A DNA stretch of 64,000 nucleotides from Syntrophaceae bacterium CG2_30_58_14 (GCA_001873745.1 MNZQ01000116.1:308-64307), one strand, 5' to 3'; shown: positions 1 to 10,851, numbered from the stretch's first letter. Translations and numbers: made by a program. The notes: generated by a model not told the origin, from the letters alone.

Positions 1-49
1 CAATGGCGCTCTTTCTCTTCCCTGTCGCGTAAAACCGTTTTTCCGTCAT
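1..49 (-). CDS. rpsI: 30S ribosomal protein S9, N-terminal fragment (gene runs off the left edge)
   Basis: Minus strand from ATG at 49-47 reads MTEKRFYATGKRKSAI, matching the conserved S9 N-terminus. It lies 51 nt downstream of rplM, as in the rplM-rpsI operon. Confidence 0.7.
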   Translation of the reverse strand, partial: MTEKRFYATGKRKSAI

Positions 50-100
50 ATCCCTCTCCAGATCGTGTTCGCGGACCCGATATTTCTTCCGTCGCAAATA

Positions 101-529
101 TTACAGTTGCAGAATGCGGGGGCACTGCGCCTCGTGCGGATGGTCGCCGCCGGCGTAGATCTTGAGCTTCTTCATCATCGCGCGCCCCAGCGTATTCTTG
201 GGAAGCATCCCCTTCACGGCCGCCCGCAACAGCTCTTCCGGTTTTTCCTTCAACATCTTGCCCGCCGCCGTGGCCTTGAGGCCGCCCGGATAGCCGGAGT
301 AACTGTAGTAGATCTTGTCCGTCAGCTTCTTGCCGGTCAGGCTGATCTTTTCGGCGTTGACCACAATCACGAAATCCCCCGTATCCGTATGGGGGGTATA
401 AACCGGTTTGTGCTTTCCCCGCAGGCGGTGGGCGATCCCGCTCGCCAGCCTTCCCAGAACCTTGTCCCCGGCATCCACGAGATACCAGTCGCGATTGATC
501 TCCCCCTGCTTTGCCTGATATGTCTTCAT
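101..529 (-). CDS. rplM: 50S ribosomal protein L13
   Basis: C-terminal 142 aa of ORF 101..952 ([30 protein letters not shown]...) is a full-length L13. Internal ATG at 529-527 verified in sequence; the upstream part of the ORF overlaps lptD. Confidence 0.95.
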   Translation of the reverse strand: MKTYQAKQGEINRDWYLVDAGDKVLGRLASGIAHRLRGKHKPVYTPHTDTGDFVIVVNAEKISLTGKKLTDKIYYSYSGYPGGLKATAAGKMLKEKPEELLRAAVKGMLPKNTLGRAMMKKLKIYAGGDHPHEAQCPRILQL

Positions 530-563
530 CGTTTCACCCAATGCCCATGATTTTGAAACTGGA

Positions 564-592
564 GAGATACGCAAATTCGCGCCCTTTGTCAA
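564..592 (-). promoter_or_regulatory. Candidate sigma-70 promoter of rplM-rpsI (TTGACA-N17-TATCTC) with a T-rich upstream tract
   Basis: Minus strand reads TTGACA (592-587), a 17-nt spacer, then TATCTC (569-564), about 35 nt upstream of the rplM ATG. Confidence 0.45.
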
Positions 593-651
593 GTAAAAAT
601 CTGCACAAAAAAGCAAAAAGAAATCATCGGTCCGATTCGTTGCCCCATCTT

Positions 652-2814
652 TCACTTCCCCATCCCGTAGAGCGAAAAAACGACCATCACGGCCCTGTCG
701 TCCTCGCGATCGGAGACATTGAGTTCCACGTTCCAGCACTGTTTCCGGTATTGCACGCCGTAGGTGGATTCGACGGTCCGGCGATCGAACTGGTTTTGTT
801 TCAGCAGATAGGTCGCGCCGAGGGAAGAGGTCAGAACCGCCTTCAGGGAGAGGTTGATCTCCTCCAGCGTGTCCCGGGTGTAACGATACCCGACGGAGGC
901 CGAATCCCCACGATGATCGGACAGGGTCAGGTCGTAATTGCTCTGTCTCCAATTTCCTGAATTCACGTCGAATTTGTTGCGCGCCGACAGGGAGAGATAG
1001 GGAAGAGGCGCCAGATCCAGCTCAAGATCGACATCACGGAAAGGCCGGTTGTCCTTCCCTGCCCCTGCTACGTCCCGTCTCCCCTCCAGGATGTCATAGG
1101 TCTGACCGATCTTGAAGCGCATCATCTCGCGGTAGCGGACCTTTCCATCCTTCGCCCGCATCCGTGCGAGAAGCGTGTTGGTGACTCCATAGGTCAGGCT
1201 GTGCTGCGCGGGGATCCGTTCCAGAAAATCGGGGGCGTGATCCTGCGATGCGTCGGGGATGAAGGTGTAGGTGAGTTCTGGTCGGATCCCGTGCCGGATC
1301 TTCTCCACTTCCGCACCCTGGACGTCAAAAATGCGGTGCATCTCCGTGGAGAGGGTCGTCCCCAGCGCGAAGATCTCCCGGTCGCCCTGTTTGTCCCCGG
1401 TATCGGTCACGGAATCCGACCGCTCCCAGACATCCCCGCGAAAACCCGCCTGCGGCGTGACCCGGGCATAGGATCCCAGCTTCAGCGGCAGGAAGAGGGT
1501 CGGGCTGATCTCCCCCAGATGCCCTTTCTGCCCCTCCTGACGGAAAAAACGGTCATAGCCGGCGGTGAATTCGAGTTGAAAAGGGCTGCCGAAGAGGGGC
1601 TGCCGGAATCCCGTGAGGGTCGCCTCCGGATATTTCTGCAGCGTCCCATTGTTGTCGGGGGAGGAAAAGTCATCGGTATAGCGCGCCAGGGCGGTCAGGT
1701 TGTACAGGGACCAGTCCTTTGTCAGACGGACCGTGGAATCGAGCGACCCGAGAGATTCATCCCCGAGGAAGGAGACCCGACTGAACCGCCCTTCCCCGCT
1801 CGGGGAATAATGATCCAGATAATAGTTGAAGGAGGAAAAATCCTTGAAATACCAGCGGTCCGACACCCGGCGGATATCGCTTCGGAGGCTGAAACCGTCC
1901 GCAAAGGTTGTTTCGTGGTTGAGGTAATAGGACCAGCGGTTCCGATCATCCTGCCAGTCACGGCTCATGGTCCCGACGCCCTCCGTAACCCGCTTGCGGT
2001 CGTTGATGAAATCACCATAGAAGACGCCGAACGAATCCGCGCCGGCCGCGTAACGAAACTCCACCCCCTCCTTGAATCCCCGTTTCTCTAAATAACGCTG
2101 AAAAAACGTGGCGTCGGCGCTGTCGGAGACGGCCCAGTAGAAGGGGATTTCCACGTCCAGACCGTTTTTATCGCGGGAGTAGGAAAAGCGGGGGAAGAGG
2201 AGGCCGGTCTGGCGCGTTGTCTTGGCGGGAAAGATGAGATAGGGCAGATAGAGGACGGGAAGATCCCTGGCGAGGAATCGGCCATGCTTCAGCGTGCCAT
2301 AGCCATCGACGGTCAATTCGACCTCTTTGCCCGCCAGCCGCCAGTCGGGATCATCCCCATCGCAGGTGGTCACCGTGCCGTTTTCCAGCCGGTAGGTCGC
2401 CTCCGACTTTTTTTCGATCTTCTCTCCCCGGACGTAAAGATGGTTCCGGGCGATGAACATCTTTCCCTCATCCACCGTTCCGGTCCGGGAGACGGTATTG
2501 AACGAGACCTTCTCGCCCTCGAGGAGGTCCTGATCGTTCCTAAGCAGCACATGGCCGACCGCGAAGACCTGGTTCGTGCCGCGGTAAAGGGTCACGGCGT
2601 CGGCCTTCAGATCCCCCCCGGAAAAGGTGATCCGAACCTTTCCCGTCGCGTGAAAGACGTCCCCATCCCCGTCGTAGGCAATGCTGTCCGCCTCAATGGC
2701 GACGGGCAAGGGGACATCTTGCCGCAAGGTGTCCCCAGCCCCGAGCGGTGAAGCCGCCAGGCAGGCTAAGAACATTATTGCTAACAAAAAGCAGACCTTG
2801 TTCAGCCTTTGCAC
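652..2814 (-). CDS. lptD: LPS-assembly outer-membrane protein LptD (OstA family)
   Basis: ORF 652..2859 has an OstA-like N-domain ([20 protein letters not shown]) and a large beta-barrel region ([25 protein letters not shown]). I prefer the GTG at 2814, which gives [21 protein letters not shown] (a signal peptide) and only a 13-nt overlap with folC. The maximal ORF start is 2859. Confidence 0.85.
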   Translation of the reverse strand: MQRLNKVCFLLAIMFLACLAASPLGAGDTLRQDVPLPVAIEADSIAYDGDGDVFHATGKVRITFSGGDLKADAVTLYRGTNQVFAVGHVLLRNDQDLLEGEKVSFNTVSRTGTVDEGKMFIARNHLYVRGEKIEKKSEATYRLENGTVTTCDGDDPDWRLAGKEVELTVDGYGTLKHGRFLARDLPVLYLPYLIFPAKTTRQTGLLFPRFSYSRDKNGLDVEIPFYWAVSDSADATFFQRYLEKRGFKEGVEFRYAAGADSFGVFYGDFINDRKRVTEGVGTMSRDWQDDRNRWSYYLNHETTFADGFSLRSDIRRVSDRWYFKDFSSFNYYLDHYSPSGEGRFSRVSFLGDESLGSLDSTVRLTKDWSLYNLTALARYTDDFSSPDNNGTLQKYPEATLTGFRQPLFGSPFQLEFTAGYDRFFRQEGQKGHLGEISPTLFLPLKLGSYARVTPQAGFRGDVWERSDSVTDTGDKQGDREIFALGTTLSTEMHRIFDVQGAEVEKIRHGIRPELTYTFIPDASQDHAPDFLERIPAQHSLTYGVTNTLLARMRAKDGKVRYREMMRFKIGQTYDILEGRRDVAGAGKDNRPFRDVDLELDLAPLPYLSLSARNKFDVNSGNWRQSNYDLTLSDHRGDSASVGYRYTRDTLEEINLSLKAVLTSSLGATYLLKQNQFDRRTVESTYGVQYRKQCWNVELNVSDREDDRAVMVVFSLYGMGK

Positions 2815-4139
2815 CTCAGCATCTTTCCCCGCCGCCCCGATCGCCCGGTTCCCGGACACGGGAACCCGTTTTGCCTTCTAAAGATGATCCGATGGCGCTT
2901 CTTGATTTCTCCGACCAGATAGAGGGAGCCGGCCGCACAGACGAGGTCCTCTTTCCCGGCAAGCGAAAGGGCGCGCCGGAGCGCGTTGCCCGGATCCTCG
3001 ACCACCTCGATAGCCCTGTTAAACTTTTCCGCCAATGGCCGCAGGGAATCCGGAGGCAAGGCCCTCTCGCTGGGCGGACGGGTGAGAATCACCCGGTCGG
3101 CCAGCGGGAAGAGCCTCCTCGCCATCGTCCGGTAGTCCTTATCCCCCAAGACGCCAAAGACCAGGATCAGCCGCCGATGGGGAAAATCGTTCTGGAACGC
3201 CCGGCGGAGCGCAGCCGCCCCCGCCGGATTGTGCGCGCCATCCACGAGCAGCATCGGTGAGCGCTGGAGAATCTCCAGCCGCCCTTCCCATTGGGCCTGT
3301 TTCAGGCCTTTGGAAACGGCGGCATCATCCACCCGGAAACGGGCATCCCCGATCAGCTCCACGGCGCCCAGCGCCAGCGCGGCATTGGAAATCTGGTGCC
3401 TTCCGATCAGGGGGCATACCAGCCGTTCCCAGTTTCGCCCGATGCCCCGGTATGAAAACGTCCCATCCCGATGGACGATCGTGCGAATCTCTTTCCCGAC
3501 CCGGTACAGAGACGCCCCTCTTTCCCGGCATATCCCCTCCAGGGTCTCGATGACGGGCTTCTGCCGGGCTGCGGTGAGACAGATTCCCCCTTCCTTGATG
3601 ATCCCGCCCTTTTCGCGCGCGATCTGCGGGAGCGTGTTGCCGAGGTACTCCCGGTGTTCGAGGGAGATGTTGGTGATGACCGAGACAAGCGGGATGACCA
3701 CGTTGGTGGCGTCCAGCCTGCCCCCCAGGCCGACCTCCAGCACGGCAATATCCGCCTTCTTCCGCTGAAAATGGAGGAAGGCCGTTGCGGTGAGGAATTC
3801 GAAATAGCTCACGGTCTCCCGAACGCCCCTTCTCACCGCTTCCGCGTCGGCGACGATTTCCTCGCGGCGGATCATCCGGCCGTCGATGCGGATCCTTTCC
3901 CGGAAATCGATCAGATCCGGGGAGGTGTAAAGCCCGGTCCGGAACCCCGCCGCGGTCAGCAGCGAGGCCGTCATCGCCGCCACGGAGCCTTTGCCGTTGG
4001 TGCCGGCGATCAGCACGGCAGGGCAGCTCTCCTGAGGATTGCCGAGCCGCTCCAGCAGGGAGCGGACCGGATCGAGCCCGAGACGGATTCCCAGAGGGTT
4101 CAGAGACTTCAGATATGCAAGCGACTCGCGATAGGTCAT
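2802..4139 (-). CDS. folC: Bifunctional folylpolyglutamate synthase / dihydrofolate synthase
   Basis: 445-aa ORF with the Mur-ligase P-loop AGTNGKGSV and FolC-like N-terminus MTYRESLAYLKSLNPLGIRLGL. Confidence 0.9.
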   Translation of the reverse strand: MTYRESLAYLKSLNPLGIRLGLDPVRSLLERLGNPQESCPAVLIAGTNGKGSVAAMTASLLTAAGFRTGLYTSPDLIDFRERIRIDGRMIRREEIVADAEAVRRGVRETVSYFEFLTATAFLHFQRKKADIAVLEVGLGGRLDATNVVIPLVSVITNISLEHREYLGNTLPQIAREKGGIIKEGGICLTAARQKPVIETLEGICRERGASLYRVGKEIRTIVHRDGTFSYRGIGRNWERLVCPLIGRHQISNAALALGAVELIGDARFRVDDAAVSKGLKQAQWEGRLEILQRSPMLLVDGAHNPAGAAALRRAFQNDFPHRRLILVFGVLGDKDYRTMARRLFPLADRVILTRPPSERALPPDSLRPLAEKFNRAIEVVEDPGNALRRALSLAGKEDLVCAAGSLYLVGEIKKRHRIIFRRQNGFPCPGTGRSGRRGKMLRCKG

Positions 4140-4201
4140 GGATGATGGTTGCCAAAAAAAGGGCGTCTTGTGTTGCAGCTTTGCGGCCTTTTCCGGCAGG
4201 T

Positions 4202-4462
4202 CTAATCCGCCGTCACCTTGAATACCTCGTCACCGGGACGGACGCGGTCCGCTACCCGGATGCCGATATAGTCGCCGGCAACCGCCTGGGCCACCTTCTG
4301 GTTGTTGACCTCCATGGAATCGAGCGGCATGGTCAGATTGGTGGTATGCCCCGTGAATTTCAGGGTATCCCCGACCCTGATCCCGCCATCCGTGATCTTG
4401 ACGGCGGCCACACTCGGTTTGGAAAAAAACTTCACAACTTCGCCGATCCTCTGTTCACCCAT
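4202..4462 (-). CDS. Small translation-elongation-factor-like protein (EF-Tu domain-2-like beta-barrel)
   Basis: MGEQRIGEVVKFFSKPSVAAVKITDGGIRVGDTLKFTGHTTNLTMPLDSMEVNNQKV... resembles the family annotated as 'translation elongation factor-like protein'. ATG at 4462 is preceded by GGAAGGAGGA; the ORF-track TTG at 4480 is part of that RBS. Confidence 0.7.
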   Translation of the reverse strand: MGEQRIGEVVKFFSKPSVAAVKITDGGIRVGDTLKFTGHTTNLTMPLDSMEVNNQKVAQAVAGDYIGIRVADRVRPGDEVFKVTAD

Positions 4463-4524
4463 AGCCGATCCTCCTTCCAATGACGATTCCGGGCAAAGGC
4501 CCGTGCCATAAACACGTTGGAGGG

Positions 4525-4553
4525 AAAATATCGCGTTTTCGATGAAAAGACAA
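4525..4553 (-). promoter_or_regulatory. Candidate sigma-70 promoter (TTGTCT-N17-TATTTT) for the EF-like/folC/lptD unit
   Basis: Minus strand reads TTGTCT (4553-4548), a 17-nt spacer, then TATTTT (4530-4525), just downstream of the rplQ terminator. Confidence 0.35.
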
Positions 4554-4564
4554 GGGGGGAAAAC

Positions 4565-4601
4565 GGGGAAAATAAAGAGGGCGGGTTTTTGGCCCGCCCT
4601 C
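4565..4601 (-). terminator. Rho-independent terminator ending the alpha operon (after rplQ)
   Basis: GAGGGCGGG-N7-CCCGCCCTC perfect 9-bp GC stem (4577-4601), followed on the minus strand by TTTATTTT; 10 nt after the rplQ stop. Confidence 0.8.
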
Positions 4602-4611
4602 GCAAGAGTCT

Positions 4612-5013
4612 CTATTTCTTCGGCGCCGACGCCTTTTTCTTTGGTTTCTCCGCCTCGGCATTCCGGACAAATTCAATAATGGACATGGGTGCATTGTCGC
4701 CCGCGCGATATCCGGACTTGACGATCCGGGTATAGCCGCCGGCCCGGTCTTTATAGCGCTCCGACATCTCGCCGAACAGCTTGCCCACCACGTCGCGTTC
4801 GCGCACATAGGAGGCGGCCTGCCTCCGGGCATGGAGATCCCCCCGTTTGCCCAAGGTGATCATCTTGTCCGCCACCTTTTTGAGTTCCTTGGCCTTCATG
4901 TCGGTGGTCTGGATCTTCTCATATTTCAAAAGGGAGGTCACCATCGTCCTCAGCATCGCCTTGCGGTGGCTTGTCGTCCTTCCCAGTTTGCTTCCAAATT
5001 TTCCCTGGCCCAT
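4612..5013 (-). CDS. rplQ: 50S ribosomal protein L17
   Basis: [27 protein letters not shown]... is canonical L17; last gene after rpoA. Confidence 0.95.
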   Translation of the reverse strand: MGQGKFGSKLGRTTSHRKAMLRTMVTSLLKYEKIQTTDMKAKELKKVADKMITLGKRGDLHARRQAASYVRERDVVGKLFGEMSERYKDRAGGYTRIVKSGYRAGDNAPMSIIEFVRNAEAEKPKKKASAPKK

Positions 5014-5038
5014 CGCTTATCCTTTCCAGAAACCAAAT

Positions 5039-6058
5039 CTATTCCGCTTCTTCATCCGCCTCTTCCGTTTTTACGACCTTGTCCCACGGCGGGAAATCAA
5101 GCTTCATACCGAATCCCATACCGGATTCCTGCAGGATCTCTTTGATCTCATTCAACGATTTCCGGCCGAAATTCTTGGTTTTCAGCATCTCCGCCTCTGT
5201 CTTCAGAACCAGTTCCCCGATCAGGTTGATCCCTGCGTTCTTCAGACAATTGGCCGAACGGACGGAGAGTTCCAGATCATCCACATGCCGCTGAAGAATG
5301 TCATTGATATCCTCTTCCGTTCCCTCCATCGCGGATGCTTCCTCTTCGGCCTCCGCCTTGGAGAAATTGATGAAGGTATCGAGCTGCTCCTTGAGGATTT
5401 TCGCGGCGTAGGCCACGGCGTCCTCCGGAAGAACGCTCCCGTCCGTCCAGACTTCGAGGATCAGGCGGTCATAGTCCGCAACCTGACCGACACGGGCATA
5501 AGTTACGGTATAATTCACCTTCTTGATCGGCGAAAAGATGGCATCGATGTTGATCGTCCCCTCGGGCTGTTCAGGGTCTTTTTCCTTCTGCGCGGCAACA
5601 TACCCCTTCCCCATCTTGACCGCCATTTCCGCCTTGAAGGAGGCCTTGCCCAGCAGGGTTGCGATATGGTGATCGGGATTGAGGATTTCCACCGTCCCGT
5701 CGGCCATGATATCCCCCGCGGTGATCACCCCTTCCCGGGAGGTATCGATCCGAACGGTCCGCGGTCCCTCCTGATGAAGCTTCAGGCGCACGCCCTTCAG
5801 GTTCAGAATGATATCGGTCACGTCTTCCTTGATCCCGGGGATCGTGGAGAACTCATGGAGAACCCCGTCAAATTTTACGGAAACAATGGCCGCCCCCTGG
5901 ATGGAGGAGAGCAGGACCCGTCGGATTGCGTTTCCCAGGGTTGTGCCGAAGCCGCGTTCCAGCGGCTGACAACTGAACTCCCCATAAAAAGCGGTATGGG
6001 TCGTTTCATCGATCTCAATTCTTTTCGGTTGAATCAAACTGCGCCAGTTTCTCTGCAT
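5039..6058 (-). CDS. rpoA: DNA-directed RNA polymerase subunit alpha
   Basis: 339 aa, [18 protein letters not shown]...[22 protein letters not shown], with a C-terminal domain; sits between rpsD and rplQ. Confidence 0.97.
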   Translation of the reverse strand: MQRNWRSLIQPKRIEIDETTHTAFYGEFSCQPLERGFGTTLGNAIRRVLLSSIQGAAIVSVKFDGVLHEFSTIPGIKEDVTDIILNLKGVRLKLHQEGPRTVRIDTSREGVITAGDIMADGTVEILNPDHHIATLLGKASFKAEMAVKMGKGYVAAQKEKDPEQPEGTINIDAIFSPIKKVNYTVTYARVGQVADYDRLILEVWTDGSVLPEDAVAYAAKILKEQLDTFINFSKAEAEEEASAMEGTEEDINDILQRHVDDLELSVRSANCLKNAGINLIGELVLKTEAEMLKTKNFGRKSLNEIKEILQESGMGFGMKLDFPPWDKVVKTEEADEEAE

Positions 6059-6096
6059 AATTCCTTTCCCTGCCCTTCGGATACCTGGTGATTGTC

Positions 6097-6723
6097 TTAT
6101 TTGGAATAAAGTTCAACGACCAGTTGTTCCTTAACCGGCATCGTCAAGTCCTCACGGGTTGGAAGCATTTTCACCACACCCTTGAAGTTGGTCTTATCGA
6201 CCTCCAGCCACTGTGGGACCCCCCGCCTGGCAACAGTTTCCATGGCTTCGATGATCCGCTCCACCTTCCGGCTGCCCTCCCTGATCTGGACTTCATCGCC
6301 CTGTTTAAGCAGATAAGAAGGTATATTGACCGGTTTTCCACCCACCAGAAAATGGTTGTGCCGGACCAGTTGTCTTGCCTCCGTACGCGAATTCGCAAAA
6401 CCCATCCGAAAGATCATGTTGTCCAGCCTTCGCTCTAAAAACAGCAGCAGATTGGTTCCGGTAATCCCCTTCTGCCGTTCCGCCTTGGCGAAATATCCCC
6501 GAAACTGCTTTTCCAACAGGCCGTACATCCTCTTGAGCTTCTGTTTCTCCCGCAACTGGACGCCGTAGTCGGAGAATTTTTTCCGCAACTGACCATGATC
6601 TCCCGGCGCAAACCCCCGCCGTTCAAAAGCGCATTTTTCACTGTAGCACCTGTCCCCTTTGAGAAACAACTTCAAACCTTCTCGCCGGCACAACCTGCAT
6701 ACGGAATCCCGATATCTTGCCAA
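6097..6723 (-). CDS. rpsD: 30S ribosomal protein S4
   Basis: [26 protein letters not shown]..., 208 aa. Confidence 0.97.
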   Translation of the reverse strand: MARYRDSVCRLCRREGLKLFLKGDRCYSEKCAFERRGFAPGDHGQLRKKFSDYGVQLREKQKLKRMYGLLEKQFRGYFAKAERQKGITGTNLLLFLERRLDNMIFRMGFANSRTEARQLVRHNHFLVGGKPVNIPSYLLKQGDEVQIREGSRKVERIIEAMETVARRGVPQWLEVDKTNFKGVVKMLPTREDLTMPVKEQLVVELYSK

Positions 6724-6744
6724 AAAAGCCTCCCTGATCGATGA

Positions 6745-6769
6745 TCAATTATCAATTTCAATGTTCAAT
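6745..6769. repeat. Short periodic TCAAT repeat (4 units, 6-7 nt period) in the rpsK-rpsD spacer
   Basis: gaTCAATtaTCAATtTCAATgtTCAATg, read directly at 6745-6769. Confidence 0.6.
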
Positions 6770-6800
6770 GCTGCCTGATCGCCGGTCTTTTGACCGTTGC

Positions 6801-7193
6801 TCACACCCTTCTGCGCTTGGGCGGACGGCACCCGTTGTGCGGAATGGGCGTCACATCACGGATGATGCTGATCTTGAGTCCCGCTGTCTGCAGAGACCGC
6901 AGCGCCGATTCCCGACCGGAGCCCGGCCCCTTGACATAGACCTGAACCGCCCGGAGCCCATGTTCCCGCGCTTTCTTCACGGCATCCTCCGCCGCCATCT
7001 GCGCGGCAAAGGGGGTGCTTTTTCGGGATCCCTTAAACCCCTGCATCCCGGCGGAGGCCCAGGCAATCACATTTCCGCTCAGGTCGGTAATGGTCACAAT
7101 CGTGTTGTTAAAGGTCGACTGAATATGCGCTATCCCCTCGGAGATATTTTTCTTTTCCTTCTTTTTCCCTGTTTTTCTGACTGGCTTTGCCAT
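6801..7193 (-). CDS. rpsK: 30S ribosomal protein S11
   Basis: [30 protein letters not shown]... Confidence 0.97.
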   Translation of the reverse strand: MAKPVRKTGKKKEKKNISEGIAHIQSTFNNTIVTITDLSGNVIAWASAGMQGFKGSRKSTPFAAQMAAEDAVKKAREHGLRAVQVYVKGPGSGRESALRSLQTAGLKISIIRDVTPIPHNGCRPPKRRRV

Positions 7194-7217
7194 TATTCCT
7201 CCGAATCCGTTCGCTCT

Positions 7218-7586
7218 CTATTTCTTCTTGCCTGCAATCGACCTTCTTGGTCCCTTCCGTGTTCGGGCGTTCGTGCTGGTTCTCTGTCCCCGGACGGGAA
7301 GTCCCTTCCGGTGCCGCAAACCGCGGTAGGTCCCGACATCCATCAATCGTTTTATGGACATGGAGATTTCCCGCCGCAAGTCCCCCTCGACCTTCATTTC
7401 CCTGTCGATAATATTCCGGATGGAGGTTATTTCCGAATCGGCAAGCTGATCGGTTTTCGTGTCGGGGCTGACGCCGGCGTCTCGAAGGATCTCTTTCGAT
7501 TTTGCATGCCCGATCCCATAGATATAGGTCAAGGCGATTTCCATCCTCTTGTTTTTAGGTAAATCCACACCCGCAATTCTTGCCAC
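7218..7586 (-). CDS. rpsM: 30S ribosomal protein S13
   Basis: [26 protein letters not shown]... Confidence 0.97.
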   Translation of the reverse strand: MARIAGVDLPKNKRMEIALTYIYGIGHAKSKEILRDAGVSPDTKTDQLADSEITSIRNIIDREMKVEGDLRREISMSIKRLMDVGTYRGLRHRKGLPVRGQRTSTNARTRKGPRRSIAGKKK

Positions 7587-7612
7587 CGGTCAACCTCCTG
7601 ATCATTGAATCC

Positions 7613-7726
7613 TTATCCTTGGCGCTGCTTGTGCTTCGGATTTTCACAAATCACGCGCAACACGCCCCGCCTTTTGACAATCTTGCACTTTTCGCAAATT
7701 TTCTTGACCGAAGAACGTACTTTCAC
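7613..7726 (-). CDS. rpmJ: 50S ribosomal protein L36
   Basis: Not in the ORF track (37 aa, GTG start). Hand translation of the minus strand gives (M)[36 protein letters not shown], stop TAA at 7615-7613. Lies in the canonical slot between infA and rpsM. Confidence 0.9.
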   Translation of the reverse strand: MKVRSSVKKICEKCKIVKRRGVLRVICENPKHKQRQG

Positions 7727-7781
7727 GATGATAACTCCTTGAATCCGTCAAAGGCAGGCCATGGACCTTGAGCCGCCTTTG

Positions 7782-8000
7782 CTATTTTGTTCGGTAAACG
7801 ATTCTTCCCCGCGTCAAATCATAGGGGGAGAGCTCAACCGTAACCTTGTCGCCGGGCAGGATCTTGATAAAGTGCATCCTCATCTTCCCGGATATATGGG
7901 CTAGAACGCGGTGACCGTTTTCCAGTTCCACTCGAAACATGGCATTGGGCAGGGGCTCAACCACCCGGCCTTCAACCTCTATCGCCTCTTCTTTCGCCAT
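7782..8000 (-). CDS. infA: Translation initiation factor IF-1
   Basis: [41 protein letters not shown]..., 72 aa from ATG 8000-7998. The longer ORF (to 8093) is read-through of the palindromic repeats. Confidence 0.95.
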   Translation of the reverse strand: MAKEEAIEVEGRVVEPLPNAMFRVELENGHRVLAHISGKMRMHFIKILPGDKVTVELSPYDLTRGRIVYRTK

Positions 8001-8017
8001 AATCTCCATTTTCGTTC

Positions 8018-8043
8018 GGGGACAGATTTCAAATCTGTCCCCC
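8018..8043. repeat. Family-A palindromic repeat GGGGACAGATTT-C-AAATCTGTCCCC(C)
   Basis: Perfect palindrome read directly; 17 nt upstream of the infA ATG. Confidence 0.9.
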
Positions 8044-8066
8044 TGACGTTTCCGATCCCCGCCCCC

Positions 8067-8091
8067 GGGGACAGATTTCAAATCTGTCCCC
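8067..8091. repeat. Family-A palindromic repeat, second tandem copy
   Basis: Identical 25-mer 49 nt from the first copy, 9 nt after the map stop codon. Confidence 0.9.
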
Positions 8092-8100
8092 ATGTCTCCG

Positions 8101-8856
8101 CTACTGCATCCGGCTCAGGATCTCCGGTCCGTTCTCCGTAATCACCACGGAATGCTCAAAGTGAGCCGAAAGTTTCCCGTCCTCGGTGACCACGGTCCAT
8201 CCGTCGGGGAGAATCTTCACCCGGCACCCCCCCTCATTCACCATCGGCTCTATCGCGAGAACCATGCCCTGCCGGAGCTGGATTCCTCTCCCGCGCACCC
8301 CGTAATTGGGAATCTGCGGGTCTTCATGCATGTTTCTGCCGATACCATGTCCAACAAAATCCCGGACAACTGAAAAACCGGCATCCTCGACCCGCTCCTG
8401 CACGGCGGCGGAGACATCCCCCAGGCGGTTGCCCACCCGCGCCTGCTCAATCGCGTCGTAGAGCCCTTCTTCGGTGACTTTCATCAGCCGCTCAGCCTTG
8501 GCTGAAACATTCCCCACCGGAACCGTTATGGCGGCGTCCCCATAATACCCCTTGTAAACAACCCCGAAATCGAGGCTCAGGATATCGCCGGAGAGAAGCG
8601 GCCGGTCGGACGGCATGCCGTGAACCACCTCGCCGTTCACCGATGCGCAGAGAGCAAATGGATAACCGTGGTACCCTTTGAATGCCGGGACAACCCGACT
8701 CTTCCGTGAAAGCGCTTCTGAAAGCCGGTCCAGTTCACGGGTGGTCACACCCGGTTTGACCTTTTCCCTCAGCCCCGCCAGGATCTCTGCAACGATGGCA
8801 TTGCTGGTCCTGAGCTTTTCAATCTCATCCGGCAGCTTCAGGATAATCATGCCCAT
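8101..8856 (-). CDS. map: Type I methionine aminopeptidase
   Basis: 251 aa; [50 protein letters not shown] metal-site motifs. Confidence 0.95.
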   Translation of the reverse strand: MGMIILKLPDEIEKLRTSNAIVAEILAGLREKVKPGVTTRELDRLSEALSRKSRVVPAFKGYHGYPFALCASVNGEVVHGMPSDRPLLSGDILSLDFGVVYKGYYGDAAITVPVGNVSAKAERLMKVTEEGLYDAIEQARVGNRLGDVSAAVQERVEDAGFSVVRDFVGHGIGRNMHEDPQIPNYGVRGRGIQLRQGMVLAIEPMVNEGGCRVKILPDGWTVVTEDGKLSAHFEHSVVITENGPEILSRMQ

Positions 8857-8886
8857 GATCCCCAGTTTTCGGCGGTCATGCCTGCA

Positions 8887-10194
8887 TCAGCGTCTTCTGG
8901 CAATGCGTCCCTTCTTCATGAACCCCTCATACTGCCTTGTCAGCAGATGGGTTTCGATCTGTCCCGCCGTATCCAGCGCGACGCCGACGACAATCAGCAG
9001 GGCCGTCCCGCCAAAATAGAAAGGGACATTGAAAGAGCTGATCAGAAGACTGGGAAGCACGCAGACGGCGGAGACATAAATGGCCCCCCCGAAGGTCAGC
9101 TTCGTCAAGACGTCATCGATGTACTCGGCTGTCTTCTTGCCCGGCCGGATTCCGGGGACGTATCCCCCGTATTTTTTCATGTTGTCGGCCACATCCACCG
9201 GATTGAAGGTGACCGCGGTATAGAAGAAACAGAAGAAAACGATGAAGGCCACATAGAGCAGCTCATAGCCGACCCGCCCCGGAATCATCGCGCTCGCCAC
9301 CGACTTCATCCAGGGATGCGGAATAAAATTGGCGATCGTCGCCGGAAACATGATGATCGAAGAGGCGAAGATCGGCGGGATGACGCCGGCCGAATTGACC
9401 TTCAGCGGAAGATGGGTCGACTGGCCGCCGTACATCTTCCTCCCAACCACCCGTTTCGCGTACTGTACGGGGATCCGTCTCTGGCCGCTCTCCACAAAGA
9501 CGATGACGCCGATCACAAGCACCATCATCAGGATCAGAATGATGATGAAGAAGATGCCCATCTCCCCCGAGTAGAGGAGGCGGAAGGTATTGATGATCGC
9601 CTCCGGGCCGCGGACGACGATGCCGGCGAAGATGATCAGCGAGATGCCGTTCCCGATCCCCTTCTCGGTGATCTGTTCACCCAGCCACATGATGAATGCG
9701 GTGCCGGCAGTCAAGGTGATCACCGTCATCAGACGGAATGCCCAACCGGTATTGATCACGATGGACGCCCCCGTGGGTCCCGCCATGTTTTCCAGACCGA
9801 TGGAGATTCCGAAACCCTGGATCAAACTGAGGACCACCGTACCGTACCGCGTGTACTGCGTGATCTTTCTCCGACCCGCCTCTCCCTCTTTGGAAAGCTT
9901 CTCTAAGTAGGGGATGGCCACGGTCAGCAGTTGAAGGATGATCGATGCGCTGATGTAGGGCATGATCCCCAGCGCAAAGACTGAAAGATTGCTCAGGGCG
10001 CCGCCCGCAAACATGTCGAAGAGCCCCAGGAGTGTACCCTTCGCCTGCTCGAAGAAGGCCGCCAGAGCCGCCGTATCGATCCCCGGCGTCGGCACATGGG
10101 CGCCGATCCGGTACACCGCCAGGAGGAAAAAAGTAAAGAGAATCCTCTTCTGGAGTTCCGGTATCTTGGAGATATTTTTTAAGCCTTCTAACAA
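8887..10194 (-). CDS. secY: Preprotein translocase subunit SecY
   Basis: 435 aa multi-TM protein, [35 protein letters not shown]... Confidence 0.97.
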   Translation of the reverse strand: MLEGLKNISKIPELQKRILFTFFLLAVYRIGAHVPTPGIDTAALAAFFEQAKGTLLGLFDMFAGGALSNLSVFALGIMPYISASIILQLLTVAIPYLEKLSKEGEAGRRKITQYTRYGTVVLSLIQGFGISIGLENMAGPTGASIVINTGWAFRLMTVITLTAGTAFIMWLGEQITEKGIGNGISLIIFAGIVVRGPEAIINTFRLLYSGEMGIFFIIILILMMVLVIGVIVFVESGQRRIPVQYAKRVVGRKMYGGQSTHLPLKVNSAGVIPPIFASSIIMFPATIANFIPHPWMKSVASAMIPGRVGYELLYVAFIVFFCFFYTAVTFNPVDVADNMKKYGGYVPGIRPGKKTAEYIDDVLTKLTFGGAIYVSAVCVLPSLLISSFNVPFYFGGTALLIVVGVALDTAGQIETHLLTRQYEGFMKKGRIARRR

Positions 10195-10195
10195 A

Positions 10196-10639
10196 TCAGA
10201 GGACCTCTACAATGGCGCCGCCCGCGGCTTCGATCTTCGCCCTTGCCCCTCGACTGACCTGATCGACGTTGACGGAGAGGGCGAAATTGATCTCCCCGTT
10301 TCCCAGGACCTTGATCCCATCCACGGCCCCCGATACCAGGCCGACCGCCGTCAGGGTGTCGCGATTCACGACGGATCCCTCCTGAAATCTCTTCAACTGC
10401 TCAATATTGACGATCGCGATGATGCGCCTCATCGGATTCTTGAATCCCCGCTTGGGCAGCCTTCGGGAAAGGGGCATCTGCCCCCCCTCAAAACCGGGAC
10501 GGACACTGTGTCCGGAACGGGCGTTCTGGCCCTTTGCGCCCTTGCCGGCCGTTCCGCCGTGTCCCGAACCATCGCCGCGACCGACCCTCTTTTTCTTTTT
10601 CCGCGAACCCTCCGGGGGCTTCAATGTTCCCAGATTCAT
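10196..10639 (-). CDS. rplO: 50S ribosomal protein L15
   Basis: [34 protein letters not shown]... Confidence 0.96.
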   Translation of the reverse strand: MNLGTLKPPEGSRKKKKRVGRGDGSGHGGTAGKGAKGQNARSGHSVRPGFEGGQMPLSRRLPKRGFKNPMRRIIAIVNIEQLKRFQEGSVVNRDTLTAVGLVSGAVDGIKVLGNGEINFALSVNVDQVSRGARAKIEAAGGAIVEVL

Positions 10640-10833
10640 TTCCCGTTCCCCTCAACTTCCACCGCAGCCACCAGGTGATCGACCTTCCGGATCATCCCGC
10701 GGATTTCCGGTGTATCTTTCAGCACCACGCTTCGGTTGACCTTGCCCAGTCCCATTCCCCGAATGATCCTGCGCTGCGCCTCCGGTCTGCCGATGCAACT
10801 ATGAACCAATGTAATCTTGACCATTTTACCCAA
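10636..10833 (-). CDS. rpmD: 50S ribosomal protein L30
   Basis: KITLVHSCIGRPEAQRRIIRGMGLGKVNRSVVLKDTPEIRGMI...; the start could also be the ATG at 10824. Confidence 0.93.
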   Translation of the reverse strand: MGKMVKITLVHSCIGRPEAQRRIIRGMGLGKVNRSVVLKDTPEIRGMIRKVDHLVAAVEVEGNGK

Positions 10834-10851
10834 AGTCTATCCCTCTCAACC

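Noticed and set aside
2802-2859. 58-nt overlap between folC and the maximal lptD ORF, which could suggest a frameshift or fusion.
   Set aside because: An in-frame GTG at 2814 yields a proper signal peptide ([21 protein letters not shown]) and only a 13-nt overlap, so this is ordinary translational coupling.
8018-8091. Two identical 25-nt palindromic repeats with a 23-nt spacer, which could be mistaken for a mini-CRISPR array.
   Set aside because: There are only two units, the other copies are solitary, there is no cas gene or leader, and the repeats are perfect palindromes lying in operon spacers. A REP-like element is the better explanation.
7782-8093. Extended ORFs beginning MGTDLKSVP... 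for infA (to 8093), rplF (to 12386) and rplV (to 16417).
   Set aside because: The extensions are simply the palindromic family-A repeat read in frame. Canonical N-termini with an RBS are found at 8000, 12341 and 16264.
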